Shown here piece after piece: positions 43,201 through 56,800 of a DNA stretch of 64,000 bases (position 1 is its first letter; the number at the start of each line of letters is the position of its first letter). This DNA comes from Gordius albopunctatus. Taxonomy: Eukaryota. The translations under genes were made by a program, and so were the position numbers. The notes beneath the pieces were generated by a model. It did no database searches. It was not told the DNA's origin and saw only the letters and a list, made by a program, of their open reading frames with translations. The stretch spans positions 3,348,001-3,412,000 of the forward strand of contig OZ193909.1 of assembly GCA_964276515.1 (NCBI GenBank). Direction: 5' to 3'.

Positions 43201-46200
43201 CGGCTAAATAAGGGTTTTAAAGGGACCGAAGGGTGCTTGGCCTCGAGGGACGGGGGAGTAAGGGGGGGGGGGCAGGGGAGAGAGTAAATTACAAAAGGCT
43301 TAACCTACCTCACCGTGTAAAAGCTATGAGGCTTCTCGTTAAAGTTTTCGTGCCCAGGGCCTCCAGCTCTGCCCCCCCCCTTAAGTAACCTAAATACGCA
43401 TGTAATTTTGAGGGTTCTCCCGGCGAAAAAGATAAAATCGATCGATATTTGTGCCCTTAGGACTGACTAAATTAGTTTTTTCCCCTCTAGGCCTATCTCC
43501 ACCTACCATTAAAACCTACCTTTTCGCCTCTAAATGAATGGACTACCATTGGTTGAGCTAAGGGAAACCTGAAAAAGCGAGCGAATTAGCTAAAAGGCTA
43601 TCTACGTATGTGTTTCGCAATAAAAATATAGCCTTTTTTTATTAAATAACGTACGCTAGTACAAATGAAGGTGCCACATACTGAGCAAACGCTTATTTGA
43701 CAAAAAATACTCACCTAAGTATTTTCTTTAACGTAATCTTTTGAATAGAATTGTTAACTTTATTAATTTCTATGCAATTTATGGGTTTTGTATATCAATA
43801 TTTCTTCCTATTTATTTTATTTAACTTTTAAAGAACAAAACACTTATATTTAGCGGCGAAATTATTGAAAAGGTAAAGGCCTAAGCAGTTTTAAAAATGA
43901 TATAATTACTTGTTTCACTTTGAAGGATGGTTACTTTAAACCACAATCAATGCATTGCGAACTATAATTTAGTTGGAATAAAAAGTATAATGACATATTC
44001 TTAAGACAGTTTAAGCTACAGCATTTACTTTGAAGTAGCAATCAAGATGGGTGATAAAATAAATAATGCAAATTGTTTTAAAGCCAATTTAAATTGCTAG
44101 GAAATATTGAGGACCAAATCTAGCTGAATACTAGATGATATAACAACATAGTTTAATTTAAATAAGGCTTGAAACAGAATATCTTTAAACTTAACTTTTT
44201 CTTATATTAATCAGTAGAGTTGTAAAAACGACTGGGCTTTATTTGATCAACCTTTGGTTAAACTAAGATAAACCCTCGACTCTGGTATGTTTTCCAAATT
44301 TCGACTAAGCCTACAGGTCGACTAAACATAAACGAACTAAAACCAAAGATTCTGGCTATGCCAACCTCTACTTAAACAAACGTTTGAGCAAAATAATAAA
44401 AGAAAAAACCTAGCACTAGCAGCGCCCAAAATGGAGTACTTAGCATTTAGTCATAAAGGGTGGGGAAAGCAAGTTGTTGAGGAGAGTTGTTATGTCAATC
44501 AAACATAGCAAGTAGCGAATAGTAAGTGTAGCTGGCGCGCTATTCGCTAAAGCAATCCCATCCCTCACAAAACGCGTACGTTCTCTCTCTCTCGCTCTCT
44601 CTCTCCTATTTGCAACTAACGCGCTCTGCTGCCTGCCCTAGATTCGTTCGACTCACTCACACGTTGGTTAAGCGTATTTTTGACGTTTTTTTGGTGCGTG
44701 CGAAATGAGCTTAAATCAAGGCTTTTAGGTCTTAAGCACCCCCCCTCGCTTACCCATGTCACTTTCGTGCCAGCTCAAAATGCCTACACCACCTCCACCC
44801 TTCGAATTAGAATGAAGACCGTATAAAAATACCAATCCAAAATTTTATGGCGCGGAGGGTAACTTATTGTTATTTTAAACCGAACTGACCGTAATATTAT
44901 GTATGTACTGTGCATGAAAATGAAAGTAAATTATTTAAGGTTGTCAAAAGTCAAATCACGCACAAGGCTGAGTAAAAACTTACGGGTCGTTCATGTATGT
45001 AGCCCCACCTTGTCAAGAATAACCGGAAAGAATTTGCTGAAATTTACAGTTTTAATTAGGTGTAATAAATGGATCTCATGTGCCAATAATGTACGAACAT
45101 AATAATCGGGATAATTTTTGAATCTTCTAAAATGTGAGGATTTAATAGTATGGCCTATAGGATTAAAATTATATAGATTTGCTTATAAATTTGGACTGAG
45201 AAAGGTATTGGGGTGCAATAAAACGAACAAATGTGAATTTTTCATCGATTAGTTATAATATTTTGCTAGATGATATGTGCTTGTAATACATAGCCGACCA
45301 GGGTAGGCAGGCAAGGGGGTGAAATAATGGGATAAAAATTGGAAATCGAAACATTTTATCGACTAAAATTATAATTGATTTATTGATCATATGCAATCAA
45401 TATTTGGAATGGACAGCACGAAGGGTTCAGAGGATATATCATATGGTCCCCCGTCCTCACCCCTCTTGCTTAAGTGGCTCACACCTACTAATACATATCG
45501 TATCACCCAGGGCCAGGGCCAGAATGAAATGGAGAGCCGCGGGGGGATTAGCTGAAATTATCGGAGTTTTTAAACGTCCACCCCTTATTAACGACCCTTT
45601 TACTACGCTTGATACTCTTAAATATCCTATCATCAACACACCTCTTGTCAAATTACGCCCCCTCTGAGGGAAGTATAACTTCTCTCTATTTTCGTAGCAA
45701 TTTGCTTAAATTGATATTGATTTTGTCTCAATAAAACATTGACATTGGAGGTGGTATCATTGTGCTACCTCACCCGAACCTCATGCTATGAGCCACTAGT
45801 TTTTATAGGTCATATTTATGTTTATTTTTCAATTAATAAAGTTACTTTTTCCAGCTAAACGAAGGGAGGACATCCTCTGAAACTCAGGTTCGTCAAGCCA
45901 CTTGGACATGCGTCTAAACGTTTCTCGACCCGATTTTAATTTACTCCAGGGTTTGGGATTGCGTAACAGGTCACTCAGGGTACCTTGACTCCTGCACAAG
46001 ACTCTTTGTGCAAACACGGCTTGTGGTATGCTGTACCGTTTAAGTTCGCTAGATATGCGTTGGGCCAAGTCTTTAGTATTGATTTCCTCCAATTCGTCGC
46101 CAACCGCGGACCCGTTGTGACTTGTTGAATGGTTGGAGCGAGCATGAGATGGTTTTATGTCGAGGATAGCATCGTCCGGGGACATAGCTACTATGCCATC

Positions 46201-48747
46201 TTCCTCAACTATGCCCACATTAGTTTTGGAGGTACGATTATTCTTGCTTGATCCCCCAGATTTGGCGTGATGCGAACGACTTTTTCGACTCGCTTGCTGG
46301 GTCGATGCACCTCCGTTAGATGTGGATAATGCTTTGACTGTCGTTGTTAAAGAGCCAGAATCGTTGGACGAGCCACAATTCGGTCTCACGAGAGCTGAAG
46401 GTGGAAGGGTCGGGGTAGAACAAGGCGAACAAGCCGGGGACGAGGTTAGGGACGAACTTTCAAGCAATAAAGGCTGGGGTAAGTTGTGGTGGTGTTGACC
46501 AAAACTTCGCATGGCATTGTTGAGAATCGCAGCCTCTATTGCAGCCGTTGCACCAGACGACGCGTTAATTGGCATCGTTGCGGCTACGTCGAGGCCTGCG
46601 ATCGAGAGGTGCTGACTCAAGTTCAAATTAAAAAATGTGTTGCCCGGCGAACCACTCGTTCCACCGTACGAAAAAATGTTGCCTCCTAAATCAGATGATC
46701 CGACGGCAGATATCATGTGGCTGGAACTGTTTTGTAACAGGTGAGCTTTCTTCGAATTATTTTTCATCGCCTCTAACATGTCATTCTTAATGACAACGAT
46801 ATTGGGTAATTTACAGTCATCCGATTCAAAGTTACCATGTTGATCGTGTGCCAATTGTTTCGCGCTCGTAGTGCTAAGACTAGAAGCTTCGTTACCATTA
46901 TTTTCAATTCTCCGTTGTTGTTCCAGCATTCCCAGTTCTACTAAATCTACTGTCGAGACACCGGCGTTTAAGATTTGTTGCTGATGCTGTTGTTGGGCTT
47001 TAGAGGGGGAATGTGAGTGGAGGGGATGGACTTGCAAGTCTGTTGCTAGCTGGTTATTGTAGAGCTGAGCCTGGAGCACCATTTGGTCGTGATGCGCGTA
47101 TCTATTGCCATTGTTGGAAATGGATTTGGCATTGCTAAGACTAGGTGATGATACCTTATTCAGAGTGCGATTGTTAAGAGTCGTGTCTCTTTTTTTGAGC
47201 GTAGGCATGTTAATGGAAGGAAGTTGTTGGGACGATAGACCGTGATGATGTATCACAACGTTACTCGAACCACTCGTTTCTTGACTCAACTTTTGACCCA
47301 CACCGTAAGGGTTATTAAATTCGGCGTTTTGGGCGAGTTCCGAATTACCCAACAATAATTGATGATTATTGGCGATGAAATCCTCGAGAGATACTATTTG
47401 ATTGCTCGTTTGCGTCGAAGGTAAGTTATCCATTTCATTGGCCATCATGAGTAATTGATTAGCTTCGAGGTCCTTGTCCTGCTGGGAATGAATCAGGTGG
47501 GCTTGTTGAAAGCCATTTTGTGGACCACCGAAAGTTCCATTATTTTGGAATTGTAGGTGATGTTGTATGTAGTTGAAGTGATCAATTTCAATGGCCGTCT
47601 TTAGATCGGCGCTGGAAGATATCGAGGAAGAATTTAATGCTTGATAACGTAAATTGAAGTCATCCGATTGAACGTTTAGGTCGGATGGGCAATTGCCAAG
47701 GTTATTATTTAGGGAAATACCGGAGTAGGGAAAATTTAAGCCCAGGGCCGCTAACTTTTCATATTGATAGGAATCGATCAAGTTTAGCGGGGTAAAATTA
47801 GAGCCGCCGCTGTTGTTCAGGAGCTGATAGGTGCTAGAATTGATGGATTCCAGCAAATTTATCGACTTACCACCTTGATTCATAGCTGTTAAATTGGTAG
47901 GGCCCGAGTTAAGCAAAAGGTTGTGCTGTTTATCCTTAAAATCGTCGGAAATGGGGAAATTTTCGTTGAGATACCGCAAGTTCTCCGCCAAAAAAGGTGC
48001 AATTTGTTGGATATTGCCGTAGTTACCAAATCTCTCACCGGCTTCCGCCACAAAATCGTTGATGTTATTGGCGTATTGCGTCGCTTTGGGATCGTTTTCT
48101 AGGTAAATAACCTTTTGCGCCAGTAAATCGTCGTAATTGCCCAACCCAAAGTCATTTTTTCCAGCAGGCACCGTCGGAGCAGCGCCATGCGAAATTTGGT
48201 TGTAGAGGGCCGAGAGGTCAGCATTATTGTTGGCGATGAGTTGTTGTTGAACCTTTTGAAAGTCCAATAGTAATTGTTCATTGAGGGGGTTTACCATATT
48301 TTGCGGGTAATTCAGAAGGTCGGTCGAGAAGCGATCGGTTGGGAGACAATCGGAAACAGTTGTTAGGGGTTGAAGGGGTGTTAGGGTGGCATATGAGGCA
48401 TCGCCATCAATTTCCATGCTACCAACCTGGTTGGAAAGGCCCAAACCTTGACAGATGTTGGTGAATGATGTGGGCGATAGACGATTTGAAGTTTTGGGCA
48501 TTGAGATCATATGCGATATTTTATGCTTATCATCGTCGCTGCCTCCATTGCCCGCGGCGTTATTTTCGTTTTGGTCGGCGGCCATGACGGCTTCCTCTAA
48601 GAAATTGGTCATCATGGTTATGGTAGCGGCGGGTCCGTTTAAATCTTCGTCCGAATAGGTCGAACGATCCATGATTTTTTTCAACGACGGCAGAGCTCCG
48701 TCGCCCGAAACGTAGAATAATTCGGAATTATGCGATACGCGTTCCAT
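34255..48747 (-). CDS. onecut: ONECUT-class transcription factor (CUT domain plus F48/M50 homeodomain), 3 coding exons, about 1371 aa
   Basis: Exons 48747-45846, 35580-35396, 35283-34255 join in phase (4116 nt). TP-box-like YATLTPLQPL; CUT domain EEINTKDLAQRISSELKRYSIPQAVFAQRVLCRSQGTLSDLLRNPKPWSKLKSGRETF; homeodomain KKPRLVFTDIQRRTLQ|AIFKETKRPSKEMQ..VGNFFMNARRR. Start codon and first donor less certain. Confidence 0.95.
39962..40126. mobile_element. hAT-type MITE family 1 copy
   Basis: catgggtgcagccagg ... ctcgactacgcccatg with the family core (ttagagggggg, aaattttagccataat). Confidence 0.7.
40923..41091. mobile_element. hAT-type MITE family 1 copy
   Basis: catgggcttagccagg ... ttgctacgcccata; similar flanks agaaaata / aggaaata. 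Confidence 0.7.
44214..44369. mobile_element. MITE family 2 copy
   Basis: tagagttgtaaaaacg ... caacctcta; internal similarity to 26665-26843. Confidence 0.55.
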
Positions 48748-50087
48748 ACCTTATAACGAAGGCGTGGTGGGATCTCAATTCATATTCAAGCTAATCTCTA
48801 GCTATTACTTTTATACGGCGTGAGTATTTTGCGAAAATACATTATGTTGTTTACGACGACGACGACGACTGAAAATAGAGGAGACTTTTTCGCTAACTCG
48901 GCGAATCGTGGAATTCGAATGGTACAAAACTCGTTCAATCAAATGGCTCAATGACAGGGACGCGCTGATGCGGCGTCAAAAATACACACATGTATACGAG
49001 GGAGAGGACTGTGTTTATAGTGTTAAGTAGTGATGGGACGACGTAACTTTGGTTGTAAGGTGTGTGTTTACCAGGATAACGGTGTTTGGGCAGCAGGTTT
49101 TTTTGAGCAGACCCGACGATGATAAATGATTGAACTTCTCTCTATTTAGTGGGTTTATTTTGGTACTATCTCAAAGCAAAAAAGGTTCGTTGTAGCCTTA
49201 GATACATCCTCTTTTTCGGATGACTGTAAATCATAATTGGTGGCTTTTTGTGTGTGACGGGGTGTTTTAGGGGGTGATTTAAAAACAGAGAGTAGGGGTT
49301 GGTGTATTAGTCGACGGCCCTCGGGGGCGAGAGAAATCCCGGGTGTCTATTTAATATAACCATCGCGATATTCGAATCTACGTCCATTATTTTGTAAAAT
49401 ATTATGGTTTCGAAAACGGATTCACAGCGCCGTATTTGTCCATCATATGAGACAACCTATTAACACATATATATACATATGAATTTATATGTTTAGGGAG
49501 AAAAAAGGATATATTGTATGGGAAACATTGAAAATGAACGCGCTCCACCCCATTCCCCTCTTACCCCATCCGCTCAGTGACGCTCCCTCTACCCCCCCCC
49601 CCTCCCTTGATGCCGCCCCGCTCTTATTACTATCCCAACAATGGCAGTAGCATCAGAGAGAGCGCAAAGCGTTCATTGTACGACGCGCGATGGGCAAGCG
49701 GATTATAGGTTTATATATATTTACGTGGATAATATTTTCGTGCAAGAATGCTTATTTTAGAATAATTGAGTATTTATAGCGAAACGAAAGAAGTAAATAT
49801 TTCGCAAAATTGGAGCATAATGTGGGAAAGAGAATAGCCCGTGGATTGGCTTAGACCTTGTATCATATTTAAGTTGAGAACCACTGGGCCAAGTTATATT
49901 TAAAGAACCTAAAATACAACAACAAATATGGCAAAACAAGAATTTTTGTATTATTTTTAATGTATAAATATCAAAACCTTGGCTTATTCTCAACAATTAA
50001 TATTTAACAATGAACATTTTTATTAGAATCTCAACCCTCTATAAATTCCCTCACCCACAGCCCATTGAGGTATTCTTCACTTCATTA

Positions 50088-50561
50088 CATGGGCGTAGGC
50101 AGGGGGGGCGGCCGCCCCCCCCTGAATGAGAATTTTTCTATTTTTTAATGTAAATTTATGTAAAAATTGGAAAAAATTAGTGTTTCGCCCCCCCCCTGAT
50201 TGAAATTAAGTTTTATGTTGAAAATTTTATTTGACGACCTTTTGACGCAAATTTAAATTATATAAGAATTAAATATTGAGATTAGTAGTTGCGTTTGTGT
50301 TAGTTCCTTCATACATCGTTTACATATCCTCTGTACACTGTACTGTTGATTAATAATGAGTTTTTATGTGGGTTGAGGCCAAAGAATAGCAAAATATTTT
50401 AATTACTAACGTTAAATACCAAAAAAAGGTCTTGGCGACCTTTTTTTTTTTTTTGCTCTCACTTAGTCTCGGCGACCTTTTTTTTTTTTTTTTGCTCTCA
50501 CTTAGTCTCGGCGATTTTTTTGCTCGCCCCCCCCCTGATCCGAAAGCTGGCTACGCCCATG
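50088..50561. mobile_element. Young hAT-type non-autonomous element (474 bp)
   Basis: TIRs catgggcgtaggcag / ctggctacgcccatg; perfect 8-bp TSD CTTCATTA (50080-50087, 50562-50569); near-identical to 60827-61266. Confidence 0.93.
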
Positions 50562-50627
50562 CTTCATTACTATATTATAGGTGTGGATTTAATATTTCCC
50601 CTAAATTCAGAAACCATGCTTCCCGTG

Positions 50628-50802
50628 TATAGGCGTATTCGGCATTGGAATTAGAGGTTGGCATTCATGATTTAGGGAGGGGCAAATGATCATTTTTTAA
50701 AATTTTAGCCATGATTTTAATAAATTTCAACAACTTTATAGATTTAGAGAGGGGCAGCTGCCCTTCCTTGCCCCCCCCTGCCCCTCCTTGGCTACGTCCA
50801 TG
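50628..50802. mobile_element. hAT-type MITE family 1 copy
   Basis: tataggcgtattcggc ... ttggctacgtccatg with the family core sequence. Confidence 0.65.
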
Positions 50803-53123
50803 CTTCCCATGAATAAGCCACAACTGATTTTTGTGCTTTAAATTTGTGCAATAATTATGGGTTTTGTAAAAGATAGATAGATACTATGTGAAGCAGCAGA
50901 AGGTATATCAGATAGAATGCAGATACACATACCGAGGGCGGACCTAGTTTAGTAGCGAGGGTAATGAGAACAGGAGCGCATCTTTTAGCAGAGCAAGCAT
51001 GCTATACCATACAGCCAGCTTCCCACTGCACTCTGTTCTGTTATTATTGATGGTGAGCATCAGTTTCTTGAGGAGGAGGAGGAGGAGCTTTGGTGTGGCT
51101 TCGTGGTTCGCCATGTAACTATAATACTACGGAACACGCGCACTTGAGATACAATGTTGGGATTGGAGAAATAGAAATATCGGGGTAATTGGGGTTTGAT
51201 GGCTAAGGTAAATTAGGACTAGAGTCTACCCTCACTCTAAGAAAATTGTACACCCTCTTAGTTGGAATGGCTTGCGGTGGTCAGCGAAGTCATTTTGGAT
51301 CATAGATAGTTTGAAAGGGGATATAAATCATTAATTAGAACCTAAGAAGAGGAAATTTCTATTGGGTATATAATATTTCAACGATAACTCTAAAACTATG
51401 ACTTCCAATTCTAATAAATATTTCAATTATAAAGTAACTTCGCATGTTTTGGCTTAGCTTTCTAAATTGCCAGACCCATTCCCTATTCAAAAACCATTAA
51501 ATTTCCTACAATTACGAACTCTTTTAAATAATAAACAAACCTTTTAATTTTTAAAATTAATAAAAGATACATGAAAACGCGGTAGTACAGACAGAAGATA
51601 AATATATATATGTGGAATGGAAGTTAATTGAAAAGTTGCTAATTAATACCTTATTTTCAAATGTATGCAATCCACACCCCCAACCCTTCGGTGAGGTGTA
51701 GGATTACACAAGCCTGCCCTGCCAGTGTTAAAGGTTGTGGGTGCTTGCATAATAAAGTCACTGGGAATTTCAAATCCAATCGAAGCTTATACCGAAGTAA
51801 CTAAAATAATAATATGACTAATAAGTCAACTTAGAGGTTTCCCCATGCACAACAGGGAGGGGCGAACAACGAGCTGCATCTTAAGCAGCTGTGCAAAGCT
51901 GTATTATTTTTATGAAATGCTCGATTTTCTGCAATTGCGTAAGTAAATTGTAAATAGTTATTTTTTAAAATTATATTTTAAAATTATAGCAAAAGGAGCC
52001 CCGCTTCCCCCTATGAAAACCCCAAAACTTTGAGGCAAAAATTTGAATTCGAGTATTAAAATTGGAAAAATATATGTATGTTTATAACGTTTTAATTGTA
52101 AAAAGTTTGATAGTTAGTTTTTAATATAATATATATACTCATTTTATTCATGAAATTTAGTTATAATATTAATGGAAATTTGAAATATCTGGAATCAAGA
52201 GGGGTAGATAAATTATGTATTTCTTAAAGTAGTTTTATTTATACATTTTGAGGGCATTGCCACATCCTATTGTAATTGTTCGAGATGCGAGTCCAGAAAA
52301 CCGTTATTTTGGCTCTCACGAAAATTAGGGTTCTCTTTTACTCTTTCATAAAAATTGTTCAGAAGACTTCTCTTCCCGATTTAATTCTTTTAAAAACTAA
52401 AAATCTCAATCGATGCCTCGATGCCAGCTTATTGATTTAATATATTTTAGCTTATAACATACATAATTATTTGGAAATAAACTTCTATCGATAAAAAAAA
52501 TCATCACTAATGTAAATTATATTTAGTGTAAGTTGTAAGATATTAATCTGAGCAGCATCAAAATCTTTCATAGAGAGAAGCCGTCAATCTTTAACACTCT
52601 TTGATTCTTTGACACGAAACTAATCTTAAATGTCAAAGTGAATGTCACTTCAAGATATTGGATAAGGAAGGGAACTAGTAAAGTTTTGCTGCCCTCGATT
52701 TGTTATGCTATTAGTTATATTTTAATAGGATGACAAATCTGTTAAGTCACAGCCCTACTTGACAGAGGCAATTAAGATAAGGTGGCATTATATTGCTATT
52801 TTAATATTATAGCACATTTCTCCCTACTTTTACCTAATCGAAAAACTATCTGCTATGCAATTTATGGGCTCGCTTCTAGTTGTCCGTCCGTCCAACTCGT
52901 AATTTTTTAATAATTGCCGTGGAAACGTATACGGGTTTTTCTATAACTGTGGACTTATGCTTCTGTAAAAGACTTTTATTTTGCTTTCGCAAATAGACTA
53001 GCTCATGACCGCTGGTTGGCTTTAATTTTTTCACCTCATCCATTGTTTATGGGCCCGACTAATTACCTTTATACCTAAAATTTCTTTTGGCAACTTGTCT
53101 AGGTTGTTTCTATATATAAAAAA

Positions 53124-53469
53124 CTAGATGAACCCGGCAAACGTTGTTTTGCCATTTACCCGGGGGGTGTATTAAATTATGTTGGAATTTTAGGGCATAT
53201 ATGATGATAAAGCGGTTGTTGAAGTAAAAATAAAGTTTGATGTCGTCTATATGTTCTAATTCTATTGTTCTATTTCCGTATACAGTGCAAAGCGTACGAA
53301 TACTCGAAAACTACTGGACCGATTTGGCTCGAACAAATCTTAAAACATGTTGCGGAGTGTCAGGAATAAACTGTGAAATTTTGAGCCAAATCGGTCTGGA
53401 AGTTGTTTCCAAAATTGGTGGCGGCATATATACACACACACACACATAGTTTCATTTTTACATATAAGA
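53124..53469 (-). mobile_element. Non-autonomous Helitron (346 bp)
   Basis: On the minus strand it starts TC (tcttatatgtaaaatgaaact), has a (TG)n tract, and ends with hairpin ggcaaaacaacgtttgcc then CTAG; flanked by A and T as expected for a Helitron target. Confidence 0.85.
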
Positions 53470-55247
53470 TAATTACTTAAATTTATTATTATATAACCTC
53501 CCCCTCTCTCAGTAGTGCTACCTGCCACCACTAGCCAATTCGTTCAGCGGTATTATCTAGGCTAGAGAGAACTTTTTAAGGTAAAGAACAAGGACCTCTT
53601 CTTTACTCTTCGCTTTTTAAGATCATAAATAAATAATTTTAAAAAATGCGTTTTCCAATGGTTATACAAAAAAGAAACAATTCTTAGGATTTGGATAGCC
53701 CAAATTTACTATAGTGCTTTTGGAAATGACAAAAAACCCTTTCATGGGTGTGGCCAGCATTCGAATTAGAGGGGGGCAATAATGATTCAGGGAGGGGCAA
53801 ATTAATCATTTTTTGAAATTTTAGCCATAATTTTCGGATTTTAAGGGGGGCAGACGCCCCCCCCCCTCCCCCCCCCCAATAAAATTAACAATTGTCACAG
53901 TTGCGCCATGCTATTATCACCTGGAAAAATGATACATGCCCCTAAAATATAATATATGTACATACCTTAGGTGTAATTAATGTACTGCTTTTCATAATAA
54001 CGTTTGCCATAAACATACACATCACAGTTAAGACTAATAATGACACTTATCCCCTGTTATTGTCTCATAAATGGTTATATTATAATAATTGACTCTCGCC
54101 TTCTTTGTTTCGTGACCTTGTTTGTAAGCAATTTTTTTGAATTAATATTAACCCAGTGTGTGCTGTGGGTGGGAGGGAGGAGACGGCGAAAAGGTAGATG
54201 ATAATTTGTTTTAGTTTAAATGTAAAATGCGAAAGACACGCGCAATGCTATTCCCCCAGCGCTATGAGATAAGTGCAAAGGGTGGGGGCAAGGAAGGTCT
54301 AATGCCCCCCCCCTCGCGACACCCTAAAAGACACCATCTGCCGCAACGGGACTCCCTTTATTAGTGGGTGTGTGGAGGATATAAAGTGACTAGGCCAGGC
54401 AGCAGTCAGGCCAGGCTAGCTAGAGAGTTATTGTGTAATAAAACAAGGCTAGAAACACCCCATCACCCCAGCTACTACTATTTATAAATATATATATATA
54501 TTAGATAGATGCCATGATGCCCCCCCTCCCCCCTAAATAAATGGACAGTCCTGCTAGGGCCATTAAAGAGAGGGAAGAGAGGAGAGGACATAGACTTTAG
54601 GACAGAATAGGAGGATGTTTGACAGTGTGGTGGGTGTTTGACCCTATTATTTATATTTTCTACGTTATTAAAAACAACTCTCGTCTCAAGCCGTGGAGAG
54701 CTGGGGGAGGGGGAGTTAAGGAGTCACGCTAATGCAAGTGTCCAGCCAAAAAGGTGGGTATAATATTAATTAGCTCGCGAAAAAATTCTTAAAATTAGGA
54801 GAAGTCAATTTAGTAATGGATTTAATTTGATTAAAATTGAAATGTCAGTAGCCGGGGGGTGGCTGTGAGGGGCAGTTGGTCCCCCCTAAATTAAAAAATT
54901 CTTTTATTCATAATAAAATAATATATAGTTCCCTAAATGATGAGTACAGCCAAGATTGGTATTAAATGGGGGGGGGGGGCAAAACGATATTTATTTAAAA
55001 TTGTGGCTAAACATATATTAAGTATTTTGAGGGGCGTCCCTCCCTGTCACCCTTCTGCCTAAGCCCATGCTCTTAATTTTATTACAGAACTTTTTGTCTA
55101 ACATGGCTACGCCGATGGATTTTTAAATCAAGAGCGTGTATAGGTACTTTCAACGCAAAATAGCACGTACGTTAGACCTCTATTTTGGCCAAATGTAAAG
55201 CGAATGCTTTTGTGACACTGAGAGAATTGAGATTTTAGATCACTCTT

Positions 55248-55574
55248 AGGGCTTGTCTTAATATCGGATTCAAATTCAAATCGCGCGAATTTACTTTGTC
55301 TAAATATCCGATTCAATTTCCTGGGTCAAACTCGGCTGTAATATTGATACTTTCTTTTTTGATAGTTAAAATTTTTTTTTGTTTATTTCAAGTTTTAAGA
55401 TTAAATTCAAACTTTGCTGATACCTAGTAATTTATAATGCATCTTACAAAATCGCGGTTATGTTATGCTTCTGAAATGTAAATCTGCTGTGAATTCGAAG
55501 TTAAGACACGGCTATGTTATAACCCGTACGACGATTATTTGCTGCTCAACAAAATCCGATATTAAGACAAGCCC
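55248..55574. mobile_element. Small TIR element, possibly PIF/Harbinger-type
   Basis: gggcttgtcttaatatcggatt is the reverse complement of aatccgatattaagacaagccc; left flank TTA. Confidence 0.6.
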
Positions 55575-56800
55575 CAAAATGTTTCTATAATTGAATGCTT
55601 TTGATCAGGGTTCATAAAATTTGCTTTTTTTATAATTAAAATAATCTGCTTCGGGGAAGGGGGCGAAACAAAAGAGGGTTGATCAAATTTCGCATTATGC
55701 TTGTTGAACATTCGAATTTGGGGTTATTTTAGACACCACCGTTTTCCCCAGCCCCCTAATTTCCGAAAAAAAAATTTCCAATGCAAAAACTTTGAAAAAT
55801 TAATGTTTTGCCCCCCTCTAATTGAACTTTTAAACGTTTTGCCCCCCCCCCCTAATCCAAAACCTGGCTACGCCCATACCCCTACGTATCTTCTGCCAAA
55901 GCTATTTATTAATCTATAAAATTAAATTTCAATTTTTATATAACTAATTAATTTAATGAGCAGAGAATTTAATTACTTATCTAAATAAATTTCACTTAGC
56001 TAATCATAGCTTCGAAATTCTTATTTCATAGGAGGATGAATGATTTGGGAAAAATTAATAAGTAAATAGTCGGGTAAATATTTATGAGGGTCCCCTAATA
56101 TACGTTTACCTGTCAATATTTCAATTAATTAGAATGGCAGGGAGGGGCGGCTGTCCCCCTTTAAATCCAAAAAATGGTTGAAATTTATTAAAATTATGGC
56201 TAAAATTTCAAAAACTCCATAAATCATTATTGCCCCCCCCTCTCTAATTCCAATGTTAGCTATTGCCCGTTTTACCATTCAATTTTAGTAATATTCCTAC
56301 AATGGAAGTAAGTGGTAATAACCTTTACCTGTCTCCAACCTAAGCAAAGGCCTGAACTGGTACCCAGAACCCGAAACGGGTTTGAAGATAAACTACTTTT
56401 TAAATAATTTCAAGCTTAACGAAATTAAGATTCTAAATATTTTTTTAGGAATTTAATTATGTACTTGGTTCGTGTATAGGATGAACTGCAACTGGGCTAT
56501 CATGATGAGCTATTTATTACGAGAAGGGACGAGATTAATATATTATTAAAAATAATACGATAGGAATTATTTTTCCAAAGATGAAAGTGATGACCTATAA
56601 AATCAATAAAAGCTGTGAAAAAAGGACGAAAGTTTAGTCAATTGAAAACCGTGGAAAGTTTAGTCTTGTATATATTAAAGTAAGCGTTTGTGTAGCCATC
56701 TCTGCATCATGAACAACAAATATTTTCAACTGCTGGACAAATTTTGGTGGGGAGAAGAGCAAATTCGCGACCCCAAATTTTGTATGCAACACTACATATT

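Noticed and set aside
48775..48783. Minimal uORF (ATG AAT TGA) upstream of the onecut ATG
   Set aside because: Transcript start unknown and such uORFs are common by chance in AT-rich DNA.
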